This document shows, piece by piece, positions 18,062 to 26,868 of a stretch of DNA of 47,433 nt. Made by a program: the position numbers and the translations under genes. The DNA is from an uncultured virus (IMG/VR IMGVR_UViG_3300011906_000001) (lineage: Duplodnaviria > Heunggongvirae > Uroviricota > Caudoviricetes): positions 186,001 to 233,433 of the IMG/VR virus record IMGVR_UViG_3300011906_000001; one strand, given 5' to 3'. The notes beneath the pieces are model-generated. The model made no database searches. It saw only the letters and a list, made by a program, of their open reading frames with translations, and was not told where the DNA came from. Position 1 is the stretch's first letter, and every line of letters begins with the position of its first letter.

Positions 18062-19584
18062 ATGGAACCGTTACTGAAAGCGGAGCATTACTCTCACGGA
18101 GTGAGGCTCATGGGCTTTAACCGTGAAGTGTTTTCAAAGATGACGGCTTTCTTGGAGTCGTTAAGTTTAAAAGAACCTGTTAGAAGTCAGTTTGGTCATA
18201 TGACCATGGAATTGAAAAAGCGCTACTATGGACTCACCGCAGACCATAGAGAGCTTTTCATTCACCGCAACAGTTTTCCTGACCTTGTTAATTTTTTAGC
18301 CCATCGTGGCATTGATCAATCCCGCATAAGCCAGGTGCATATCCCAGCACCGGCTTGTGTGCCTGTGGACTATGTCGTCCTTCCACAATATGTCTTAAGG
18401 GACTATCAAGAAATCATCGTTGAGGAACTGGCAGACTTATTATATTCTAGGAGGCTCGATCTCCAAACGGGAAAGGAAAGTCCCTCAGCGCGTTAGCTGC
18501 TTTAGCGCGACTGAGGGTTAAATGTGTTGTAATGGTAGCCCCCAAGTATTTTGGGATCTGGGTTAAAGCATTAAAAGAAACCTATAAAGACATCGATGAG
18601 CGATATGTAACGATCTCTGGAAGTGAAGAGCTTAAAATGCTCATCAATCGAGGACTTAATAACGACCTCCCTTTTGATTTTTTTATTGTCTCAAATACAA
18701 CCTACCGTGCTTATCTGGATAATTATGAAAAGTACGGAATGGGGATTGAGGAGTTAGGGTATGGTGTTCCACCTTATCGGTTTCATGAAACGATAGGGGT
18801 TGGATGTCAAATCGATGACGAATATCAGGATGATCCGGCATTGTCATTTCGCATCGACATGTACACGAATATCCAAAAGAAGATCTTTCTGTCAGCCACC
18901 CCCTTTACAGGAAACCCTTACGTTAGTCGAATGATTAATGTGATGGTCCCTGAAGAAACCAAATGCACTCTCCCCTCGTACGATGCGTATGCCAATGTCG
19001 TCGCCTTGCTGTATAGCGACATGCATATCAAGCCTAAGGATTACCTGACGCCTTATAAAAACACCTACAATCACAGCCGTTATGAAAAGGTTATGATGAA
19101 CCATAAGGGTCGGCTAGCCACGTACTTTGCGATGGTTAAACGGATCGTTAATGGCGTTTATGTCAGGGATCGTATTAAAGGTCAGAAGCTGCTGATTCTG
19201 TGCTCGACGGTGGTGTTCATCCATGCCCTGACTAAATACCTTAAAAAGGAATTCCCAGAGCTTGAGATCAATGCGCACGTACAAGGGTGCGATGCAACAA
19301 AACTTCAAACCAATGATATCACGGTCTCGACGATTAAATCATCGGGTACCGGTCAAGATATTATTAACCTAAGGGAGGTCATACTGCTTCAAGCCACAGG
19401 CTCTGAACGAGACGGTGAACAAATCAAAGGTCGACTCAGGAAATTAAGAGATTTCCCAGATGTCAGCCCGCGATTGACTTACTTAGTATCTGCTCACATC
19501 CCTCAACATCAACGTTACCATGAACAACGCATGAAAGATTTCGAGGGTAAATGTAAGAGTCATCGGTGTATGCGACTGGGGTAA
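18062..19584 (+). CDS. SF2 helicase (phiKZ gp75-like), 507 aa if joined by a -1 frameshift at 18469-18475
   Basis: ORF1 has the Q motif LRDYQ and LQTGK. The -1 frame continues GKSLSALAAL... into ORF2, which has DEYQ, SAT and QIKGRLR. Confidence 0.88.
18449..18517 (+). other. Candidate programmed -1 frameshift signal (internal SD + G_GGA_AAG + stem-loop)
   Basis: AGGAGG at 18449-54, heptamer at 18469-75 in the zero frame, 6-nt spacer, hairpin at 18482-18517. Confidence 0.75.
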
Positions 19585-19601
19585 TTGTACTCAGCCGCTA
19601 T

Positions 19602-19638
19602 TTTATGGATGTCAGGGTAGCCGTTAGACATCCATAAA
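19602..19638. terminator. 12-bp perfect inverted repeat after the helicase
   Basis: TTTATGGATGTC-(13 nt)-GACATCCATAAA. Confidence 0.6.
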
Positions 19639-19699
19639 CCCCCACAAGGATGTAATCTTCCTCTAACAACTATTTCAATACCAAAGGACGTTATAGCAA

Positions 19700-19903
19700 A
19701 TGGATGGCAATCTGCTTCCGTACATGTTAACCGTAATGATCATCGCAGGCTCTCTAATGGGAGCAGGTGGTTTATCGCTTTCATCCATTGCCTCAATGGA
19801 TGAAGTCCCTGCGATTAACATCAGGCGGTATATAAACAAAGCCCTTATGGGGTTGGTTGCAGCGGTGGTAGCAATGGTGTGGTTAATCATAAGCTTCGTG
19901 TAG
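19700..19903 (+). CDS. Small membrane protein with two predicted transmembrane helices
   Basis: Two hydrophobic stretches flank a charged loop. AAAGGA lies upstream and the gene is bounded by hairpins. Confidence 0.55.
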   Translation: MDGNLLPYMLTVMIIAGSLMGAGGLSLSSIASMDEVPAINIRRYINKALMGLVAAVVAMVWLIISFV

Positions 19904-19917
19904 CAGCCTTAAGCAGT

Positions 19918-19952
19918 CATAAGCCCCTCCCTTAATTGGGAGGGGCTTTATG
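19918..19952. terminator. Bidirectional terminator hairpin
   Basis: AAGCCCCTCCC-TTAATT-GGGAGGGGCTT between convergent genes. Confidence 0.85.
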
Positions 19953-19964
19953 GCCTTTTTTCTT

Positions 19965-20408
19965 TTATCGATTATTGCTTAAGTCGCGTTCCAAGTTGGC
20001 AATTTCATCTCGTGTAGCCCGTTCCTGTGAGCTTAAGTTCTCGCTGGTGCTTTTAACAAGCTCATAGAGAAATTCAGCGCGGTAATAAGGCATGGCGAAA
20101 TACTCATCCAGACTCATGTTAAAGAGCGTAGCATACCGGTGCGCATGATAGCGCCTAATATGCGTCAGTTCAGGCCCACCTTCCCAGACATCTTCTTTAG
20201 CATGCATCATGACCGTGGCTAAAGGATGCTTGTGAGGGTGGGTATGATCGTAGATGCCATATTCAGATTGGTAGGCGGCTTTGCTTAATCGTTCAGCGGT
20301 GGTTGGTCTTACAGCCGGACAATCACGAAGCAGTGTATCAAGCTCTCCCCATTGTCCAACTTTATCCAAACCAAACCCTAACATCGACACATGAGCATTC
20401 GGATTCAT
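19965..20408 (-). CDS. gp76-like ORF, probably the -1 frameshift extension of the upstream gene (tail assembly chaperone GT-like part)
   Basis: The frame stays open 38 codons upstream of its ATG, into the end of the 20477-22048 gene. MSLDEYFAMPYYRAEFL resembles chaperone-extension motifs. Confidence 0.7.
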   Translation of the reverse strand: MNPNAHVSMLGFGLDKVGQWGELDTLLRDCPAVRPTTAERLSKAAYQSEYGIYDHTHPHKHPLATVMMHAKEDVWEGGPELTHIRRYHAHRYATLFNMSLDEYFAMPYYRAEFLYELVKSTSENLSSQERATRDEIANLERDLSNNR

Positions 20409-20476
20409 GTTCCCCTCGCTGTCCTGATAAGGTAGCGAGAGGCGTGAGAATCGTGCATCTGTGTTGACGTTAGGGC

Positions 20477-22048
20477 TTAGCTGAGCTTCCGGCTGGCCAA
20501 CATAAAAAACAGCGTCAACATGTCAAGCGGAACCAGATGTTGGAAGCGCTCATGGAACTTAGACGCTGCTGGGGTATTGCAAGATGGACAGTTCCAAGAA
20601 GGAATCGCCACCATGGACACCATGGAATCTTCGATGAAGTCTTTGATCTTCTCAAAGAACGATTCAGCAAAGTCCTCAGTGGACATGACATCGCTTAAGA
20701 ACCGATTGATCACCTCAGTGTCTTCAGAGATTACACGATATCCTTCAGCGCTGTCCTCATCTTTATCCAGAATGGCTTTAATCCAATGCGCATACTGGCG
20801 AGCCGTTGTGGTTTGGCCAAGTTGGCTGATGTAGCGATTGCGGTTGGTTCCATGAGCAGGCTCATTAAAAGCCCCTTGCGTCATTTCAACAATCGAATCA
20901 ACCCACGCCTCTCCGGCTTCTCGTTGATCCATCAGCGACGGCGTACCCAGTCTTAAACCGATGTCATTAAACCAGACAACCCGCTCACGCCCTGAGCGAT
21001 GTTCACTTTTGTATTTAGCCAATTCATCATCATTGACTTTATTAAAGCGACGGCTCATCAGGTTCACTTGGTACTTGGACAAGGCCAAGGTATCGACCTG
21101 AAGCAGTGCATACATGTTAAGCTTGGCCTTCATGATGAAGGAGCAGTCTTTAACATCCGACACACAAGGCGTCGCATACGGCAAACCACCAGGGAACATG
21201 GTGGAAGCCAGTCCCAATAATACCGTAGGAGCGTCTAGGGCATCGATCTTAGCTTCAAGATCGGCAGGTGTCTTGAATGGAACACTGGCATCAATGACAA
21301 ACTGCAAGGCGAAGTTAACCGCAATATTTGTCAAGGCTTGGCTGGTGTTAGAGAACGCCATGCCTTTGGTTTCAGTGCCCAACTGAACGCGTTTTTGAGC
21401 CAACTCATGTTGCATCGTGACGATGTCAGTCAACGAAGGCGAACGGAAACGCAACCAGATACCCGAATGCCACAGGGGGTATTCAAAGGTAGTACCCACC
21501 CCAGCGCGCTTGGTCAGATAACTTAGAAGCTCATCGGGGGTATGGGAGCCTGCACTCAAGCTTTGACGAGGTTGCCCGCCACGCAACAACTTGCCATTGG
21601 TTTCAATCCCTTGTCCCCAGAGGCTGTCTTCACGCTCACTGGCTTTAAGACCAATGTTATCAAGCCGTGCGACCGACAAGGTATCCATCAGTGTGCGGAA
21701 CCAGGCATTGCCATCTTCATCTTCGACCAGCTTGCCCTTTTGGGCATAGGCTTTGGCCAAGGCGTTTTCAAGCTTATCAAGGTTCTCCATGTATTCACTA
21801 TGGTGTTCCATGACTGCCGTTGCCGTGCGTTGGGATTCACGCAGGATGGCGACACAACCTGCCAGTTCGATATCAGCATCGAGTGGCTTATCGAGTTCAA
21901 CATCCTGTTTGAAATTAACCTTAGGTTGATTAGGCTCAAAAGGAGTTTCTTCAGAGGCTTCAGGTTTTTGCTCTGAAACCTCATCTTCCGGGACTTCTTG
22001 ATCAGTCGGGACGTTGTTCAGCTCGTCATCGTTAGGCAGATCGCTCAT
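20477..22048 (-). CDS. Conserved core protein (gp77-like), putative tail/baseplate-hub assembly chaperone
   Basis: 523 aa with an acidic N-terminus, Cys pairs (CVSDVKDC, CPSC) and a terminal FF encoded by TTT TTT. Confidence 0.8.
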   Translation of the reverse strand: MSDLPNDDELNNVPTDQEVPEDEVSEQKPEASEETPFEPNQPKVNFKQDVELDKPLDADIELAGCVAILRESQRTATAVMEHHSEYMENLDKLENALAKAYAQKGKLVEDEDGNAWFRTLMDTLSVARLDNIGLKASEREDSLWGQGIETNGKLLRGGQPRQSLSAGSHTPDELLSYLTKRAGVGTTFEYPLWHSGIWLRFRSPSLTDIVTMQHELAQKRVQLGTETKGMAFSNTSQALTNIAVNFALQFVIDASVPFKTPADLEAKIDALDAPTVLLGLASTMFPGGLPYATPCVSDVKDCSFIMKAKLNMYALLQVDTLALSKYQVNLMSRRFNKVNDDELAKYKSEHRSGRERVVWFNDIGLRLGTPSLMDQREAGEAWVDSIVEMTQGAFNEPAHGTNRNRYISQLGQTTTARQYAHWIKAILDKDEDSAEGYRVISEDTEVINRFLSDVMSTEDFAESFFEKIKDFIEDSMVSMVAIPSWNCPSCNTPAASKFHERFQHLVPLDMLTLFFMLASRKLS

Positions 22049-22575
22049 GCTTGAGTCTCCTGATCCATGTCGCCGTATTGAGTTTGAACCACGTCGATGA
22101 GCGAATACAACAGCGGATCAATGGTGGTTTCAAATACAGTCAATACCTCGTGGTATTCATTGCAGATGCTAAACAGGAAGGGAACCTCTTCATCCGAAGG
22201 CGTCCCTTGTTTACCTTCATGCTTCTTGCCAATCGTGCGCAGTGTGCGGGTGCACAGATCCAAATCCGAACACAGGGTTTGAAAGCTCTTTTGAAACCCG
22301 GTCGGATCGGTAAGCTTCAACAAGATGGCTTCACGGTGTTGAAGTGTGGGTACCACAAACTGACTGGTGAACAGTACCCGCTTCAAGGCCTGTCCATACA
22401 ACTCCTGGGCAATATCCCAACCTTTGGGGGATCGGAGCAACCCTTCGGCAACTTCTGCTTGCATTTCTTTTACCTTTTGATCAACTGAAGCTTTCTCTTC
22501 AGGGCTCATGGCGGCGTATTGTTCCGGGGTGACTTTAAGAACATCCGACTCGGTCTGTTCAAATAACTCAGACAT
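22045..22575 (-). CDS. Hypothetical helical protein
   Basis: AGGAG SD; ATGA overlap with the downstream gene. Confidence 0.8.
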   Translation of the reverse strand: MSELFEQTESDVLKVTPEQYAAMSPEEKASVDQKVKEMQAEVAEGLLRSPKGWDIAQELYGQALKRVLFTSQFVVPTLQHREAILLKLTDPTGFQKSFQTLCSDLDLCTRTLRTIGKKHEGKQGTPSDEEVPFLFSICNEYHEVLTVFETTIDPLLYSLIDVVQTQYGDMDQETQA

Positions 22576-22696
22576 TATAAACTCCTAGTGTATAAAAAAT
22601 AGCCAAAGAGGACATATATTAAGCGCCGGTGCGTATTTTTCAACTCACAACGCCTAACCCTATAGCACCGCTCTTTATCAACCCAAGGAAAATCCC

Positions 22697-23539
22697 ATGC
22701 GTGATTTAATTGAAAAAGCCCTAAGGGATGTCATAGGCACTGAGCAACTTCACCTGGTTACAGACTCCGTTGCCTTATTTGAAACCATTGGGTTGTCCAC
22801 GCCATCAGATGAACTGCAAAGCATTTTAGAACGACAAGACGGCGTATCGGATACCGCGTTGTTTGTGTCAAGAATCAATGATATTATTTTCATTGCCTAC
22901 GATGAAGTCTTCAAACGCTTTGGGGTGACGGTGATTGATGAGGCGCCCTTGGCGTTTAAGATCGCCCTTTTAGAAACCTTAACCTCGCTTGAGTATTACA
23001 TCATTCCAGAGCAAATTCAAATGCTCTACAAAGCGCCATTTACCAATGAAGAAATCATTGCGCATCTGATTCCGATCTTCTCAACCTTTAACCTTGAGCA
23101 GTCGATGGATTATTTGGAATCGGTCAGTGATGCCACTGTTGAACGCTTGGCATTAATCATTGAAAATAAACTCATGCAAAAAGATCCTGAAGGCTTAAAT
23201 CCGCCGGCGGATAATACAGCGCGTTTAGCCAGGCTTAATAAGCTCATTAAATTCAAAGGCGCTCAAGAGCTCTCTATCGTCTATTCCCTGGCCCAAGCTG
23301 GGGTTAGGGCAGGCCGCCCCCTCAAAGCCCTCCTATCGCAGCATATAGAAGCCTTAGAGGGCCTTGAGCCTCAACGCCTAACCACCGAGTTGCTCGCCCT
23401 CACCCTCTTCTCAGACACCTCCCTTGATCACGTCAAAACGCAAACGCATGAATTGATCAATGAATTTGAAGAAAACATCGGCAGGTTAAGGCAGATGGAA
23501 ATGGCCCTTAACCCTCTGATCCAAGCTATCGAGTATTAA
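22697..23539 (+). CDS. Conserved hypothetical protein (gp79-like)
   Basis: AAGGA SD; directly upstream of the gp80-like gene. Confidence 0.8.
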   Translation: MRDLIEKALRDVIGTEQLHLVTDSVALFETIGLSTPSDELQSILERQDGVSDTALFVSRINDIIFIAYDEVFKRFGVTVIDEAPLAFKIALLETLTSLEYYIIPEQIQMLYKAPFTNEEIIAHLIPIFSTFNLEQSMDYLESVSDATVERLALIIENKLMQKDPEGLNPPADNTARLARLNKLIKFKGAQELSIVYSLAQAGVRAGRPLKALLSQHIEALEGLEPQRLTTELLALTLFSDTSLDHVKTQTHELINEFEENIGRLRQMEMALNPLIQAIEY

Positions 23540-23543
23540 CCCC

Positions 23544-24890
23544 ATGAACAAACGTGATTATTTTATTAAAGCCCTGCATGCTGGGGCTTTTAAACGAAGG
23601 GCTTGGCTTAATGCGGCGTTTTCAATTATTATCCAAAGCGTTCCTAAGTCCTTAAAGCCTTATGACCTTGTGATTAACGAGCAAGGGTTTTTCTTTATGG
23701 ACCCTGAGAACAATGAGTTATCGCCCATTGAAGACGCTCAATCAGGACAGGCATTATTTAACTACCTAGACCCAATTACCATCGCCCCCTATGAAATTGC
23801 AAACCATGTAGGGAGTGAGCCTCTGTTAACCACCTACGGCAACTGCCTGGTGAATCAGATCCTATTAGTCACCCCCTTTGGGACTACCATCCCTTTTATC
23901 ACCGGGTATTTCAGCCTTCGCTATGTTGAGTCCATCATTGCGGAAAAGCTGATCGACAACCCTGAGAATGATGATGGGGTCTCTAAAGCCCCTGATGGAA
24001 AGATCTATGTCAGGCAGTATTTGGAGTTTGCAGATAACGCTTTCTTTCTAACAGCGCTTTCAACCTTTAACGTACAAAGCACCAGCGCCAAATCCCTTAC
24101 CCATCACCCTGATCGGGATAAAGTGCGGGCGAAGCTGTTAGAGGATAATAAAGACAGACTCACCGATCCTGCTGTTATTGCTCAAATTGGCAATGCGCTT
24201 GAAGCCCTTGATCGCCAATGGCTCTCTGATGATCCTACGATGCAGTTTTATTTGTCCAAAGAAAGCAAACTCTTTGGCAATGCTCGCAAGCGAATGCATT
24301 ACATGTTTGGCGGAGAGTCTCCGTTCCAAGACGGTACCTCGATGCAGTTGATTGTACCCTCGCTTCAGGAAGGGTTAGACACCACTCATATGCCTGTGAT
24401 GAACAACTCCCTTCGCTACGGCACTTACAGTCGAGGCAGTCAAACCCAGTTAGGGGGTGAGACCACCAAGACGATTTACCGCATGCTCGGAACCGTACAG
24501 ATTCAGGAAGATGATTGCAATACTCCAATCGGCATTCCCACGTTTGTGACCGATAGTAACGCTAAAAGCCTTATTGGCTTTTGGGCCTTTACGCCTAAAG
24601 GAGAGCAACTACTCATTGATAAAGATAATGTTAACACCTTCAAAGGACAATTCCTACGGATGCGCGGACCGATGGTGTGTAAAACCGGTCGGAACGTCGA
24701 CGAAGGGATAGCCGGTAAAGGCAAACACATTTGTAAGCGCTGTGCAGGCCAAGCCCTATCCGCACAACCCGGTGGAATGGCCGCTGCCGCTGCTGGGGTC
24801 GGCGGAAAATTCCTTTCACTCTTTTTAAAACGGATGCATGGTAGCGCGTTGAAAACCACCAATTGGGACTACAACCAGCAATTGTACTAG
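23544..24890 (+). CDS. Virion RNA polymerase beta'-like subunit (phiKZ gp80-like)
   Basis: Bridge-helix-like SLRYGTYSRGSQTQLGGE, EDDC, RGPMVC...ICKRCAG Zn site and LFLKRMH trigger-loop region. Size and synteny agree. Confidence 0.88.
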   Translation: MNKRDYFIKALHAGAFKRRAWLNAAFSIIIQSVPKSLKPYDLVINEQGFFFMDPENNELSPIEDAQSGQALFNYLDPITIAPYEIANHVGSEPLLTTYGNCLVNQILLVTPFGTTIPFITGYFSLRYVESIIAEKLIDNPENDDGVSKAPDGKIYVRQYLEFADNAFFLTALSTFNVQSTSAKSLTHHPDRDKVRAKLLEDNKDRLTDPAVIAQIGNALEALDRQWLSDDPTMQFYLSKESKLFGNARKRMHYMFGGESPFQDGTSMQLIVPSLQEGLDTTHMPVMNNSLRYGTYSRGSQTQLGGETTKTIYRMLGTVQIQEDDCNTPIGIPTFVTDSNAKSLIGFWAFTPKGEQLLIDKDNVNTFKGQFLRMRGPMVCKTGRNVDEGIAGKGKHICKRCAGQALSAQPGGMAAAAAGVGGKFLSLFLKRMHGSALKTTNWDYNQQLY

Positions 24891-24970
24891 CTCCAAGGTA
24901 GGAGAAAGTTTATCAACTGTCATCCCGAGCGTATGTAAAGACTTTTTAACATGTATTTAAATGTTAGAAT

Positions 24971-25015
24971 ATGTATATCCTATGAAGAATTGGTTAAAGT
25001 CTCATAGGAGAACAT
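24971..25015 (+). promoter_or_regulatory. RBS-sequestering hairpin with embedded TATG (candidate late promoter)
   Basis: TCCTATGA at 24978-85 pairs with TCATAGGA at 25002-09, covering the AGGA of the SD; outer ATGT/ACAT pairing extends it. Confidence 0.65.
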
Positions 25016-25016
25016 T

Positions 25017-26207
25017 ATGCTAGACCATCGACTCGAACGCTTCAGTGATATGGTTTATCTTGACCGCAAGCCTGGGCTTACGCTGATTCGGCATAAGCCT
25101 TCAGGCTGCTTCTTGTTGGCCACAGGCGATGTGAGAAAAGTCATTCGAGATAGCCTTAACTATTTAAAGACAGGGCGCTATCATAACCCTAAGCTTCAAG
25201 CGCTCTTTAAACACGAGGATGAGATCGAATACGAATACAGCTACACCGATGATGCACGAGGCTTGCGAGCCACGATCATGAAGGACTACTATGGCGATCA
25301 TCGGATCTTAAACAATGCAGATTGGCCAAAATGGAATGGCGCTTATAAGCTCGTCCATAAACCCTCTGGATCGTTTTATGTAGGGGCAGTGACTGATTTG
25401 ATCAAAGCACGCTCCTATCAAGCCACCCTGCTCAGAACCGGCAAGCATAAAAGCCAAGCCTTTCAAGCCCTGTTCGATGAATCAAAATCCTTTGATGACA
25501 TTGGATGGGAATGGGCAATCTGTTCAAACATCGAAGAAGCTGAATCGGTGGCTAAGCTATGGAAGGCTGAGAATGATGAACTGTGCTTAAACAGCAAGCG
25601 GTTTCATGGAGGTGTGGGTAACCTTGGGGTGTATGTTATTAAACATGACGTTACCGGTTGTTATTATGTTGGGAGCGCGGCTAACCTTAGAGGGCGATGG
25701 TCAACCCATCAATACCACTTTAAGAATGGAACCCACGTCAATGCCCGGCTAAAAGCCCATACAAAAAAGCATGGAAACCTTTGGTCTGTTGAATACAGTC
25801 CAACAGAAACCCGCGAAGAAGCCTATCACCTAGAACAACTTCTCATTACACGCGGAAAGCGAGATCCACTGATGCTCAATCTGTCAGATAACGCTAAATC
25901 GTCGATTACATTCGTTATGAAAGACCCCAGAATCAAACGACGGGCTAAAGCATTAGCTGCTTTAGCAATGAAACGCCCCGAAGTGATTGAAAAAAGAAAT
26001 AAATCATTAAGGGACCGATGGGCTAATGATGAGACTCTTAAAGGAAGTCGTACAGGGGCTTTAAATCCATTTGCTAAAAGGATCATGGTCAATGGCGTTG
26101 TATGGGGTTCTTTGAACGATGCTATTCGAAGTGGGACTGTTAAAGAGAGTTTTCTAAGAAAAGCCCTTAAAGATCCCACCAACAAGGATGTTTATTACTT
26201 AAGTTAA
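25017..26207 (+). CDS. Free-standing GIY-YIG homing endonuclease with three tandem GIY-YIG-like modules
   Basis: The modules are GLTLIRHKPSGCFLLA, GAYKLVHKPSGSFYVG and GVYVIKHDVTGCYYVGS...LRGRW...LEQ...LN, followed by a basic C-terminal DNA-binding-like region. Confidence 0.85.
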   Translation: MLDHRLERFSDMVYLDRKPGLTLIRHKPSGCFLLATGDVRKVIRDSLNYLKTGRYHNPKLQALFKHEDEIEYEYSYTDDARGLRATIMKDYYGDHRILNNADWPKWNGAYKLVHKPSGSFYVGAVTDLIKARSYQATLLRTGKHKSQAFQALFDESKSFDDIGWEWAICSNIEEAESVAKLWKAENDELCLNSKRFHGGVGNLGVYVIKHDVTGCYYVGSAANLRGRWSTHQYHFKNGTHVNARLKAHTKKHGNLWSVEYSPTETREEAYHLEQLLITRGKRDPLMLNLSDNAKSSITFVMKDPRIKRRAKALAALAMKRPEVIEKRNKSLRDRWANDETLKGSRTGALNPFAKRIMVNGVVWGSLNDAIRSGTVKESFLRKALKDPTNKDVYYLS

Positions 26208-26361
26208 AATACCCATCTTCACGATCTTATGGATATAGTTTGCATAATAACTTATAAGGGCGCTTACTTCGAGCGATGGTTAAAGCCGCCTAAGATCGCC
26301 AACGCAGAACCGGTTGTAAAAGGAGTTTAACCTTTTATCTATGCAATCGATGGAGGCCATC

Positions 26362-26847
26362 ATGGCTGATCAAGACCAAAACGCTCAGAAGACCCAACAG
26401 CAGCAGGAAGAAGAACAGCGTCAACACGACGATCAACATCAGCGCCGACAAGAGCTAGAAGCGCAAAATGGGGATCAATCCCAACCGGATGACCACACCC
26501 AGCAGCAGGGGCAGGATAGCACTCAGAACGTCACTGAGAACCCCAATGAAGTTGAAGTGCCCAATGACCATCGTTACCATGGGGCACGTGGGGCACAAGG
26601 CAATCCTGCTCAGCCTGAAGAGGCTCCGAACCCTGATGATGTCCCGCTGGGTCAGGCTTCGGCTGCTCCACAGGGTGAAAACACCCAGATCTATTCCGAC
26701 ACGGCTACAAGCCAGGATGGTATGAACAGCAGCGATCCAGCTGAGGCGGCTAAGCGCGAAACGGATGCTCAGCGTGAAGCGCTTGGCATGGACGCTGAAG
26801 AAATGCGTGAAAAGCAAACCGAGTTTGAAAAACAGCAATCTAAATAA
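26362..26847 (+). CDS. Q/E/D-rich intrinsically disordered protein
   Basis: GGAGG SD before ATG 26362; almost no hydrophobic residues. Confidence 0.8.
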   Translation: MADQDQNAQKTQQQQEEEQRQHDDQHQRRQELEAQNGDQSQPDDHTQQQGQDSTQNVTENPNEVEVPNDHRYHGARGAQGNPAQPEEAPNPDDVPLGQASAAPQGENTQIYSDTATSQDGMNSSDPAEAAKRETDAQREALGMDAEEMREKQTEFEKQQSK

Positions 26848-26868
26848 CACGAGGCAATCGAGGTAACT

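Noticed and set aside
18062..19584. Helicase as a pseudogene or as two independent genes
   Set aside because: All SF2 motifs are intact, the break falls exactly on a slippery heptamer with flanking stimulators, and ORF2 alone lacks Walker A. A sequencing indel cannot be fully excluded without reads.
25763..25769. In-frame A_AAA_AAG in the GIY-YIG gene
   Set aside because: The -1 frame stops after 7 codons and I see no stimulatory hairpin or SD; at most low-level leakage.
24890..26340. Group I intron around the GIY-YIG gene
   Set aside because: The upstream vRNAP gene appears complete, there is no downstream exon, and the flanks are too short for an intron core that I could recognise.
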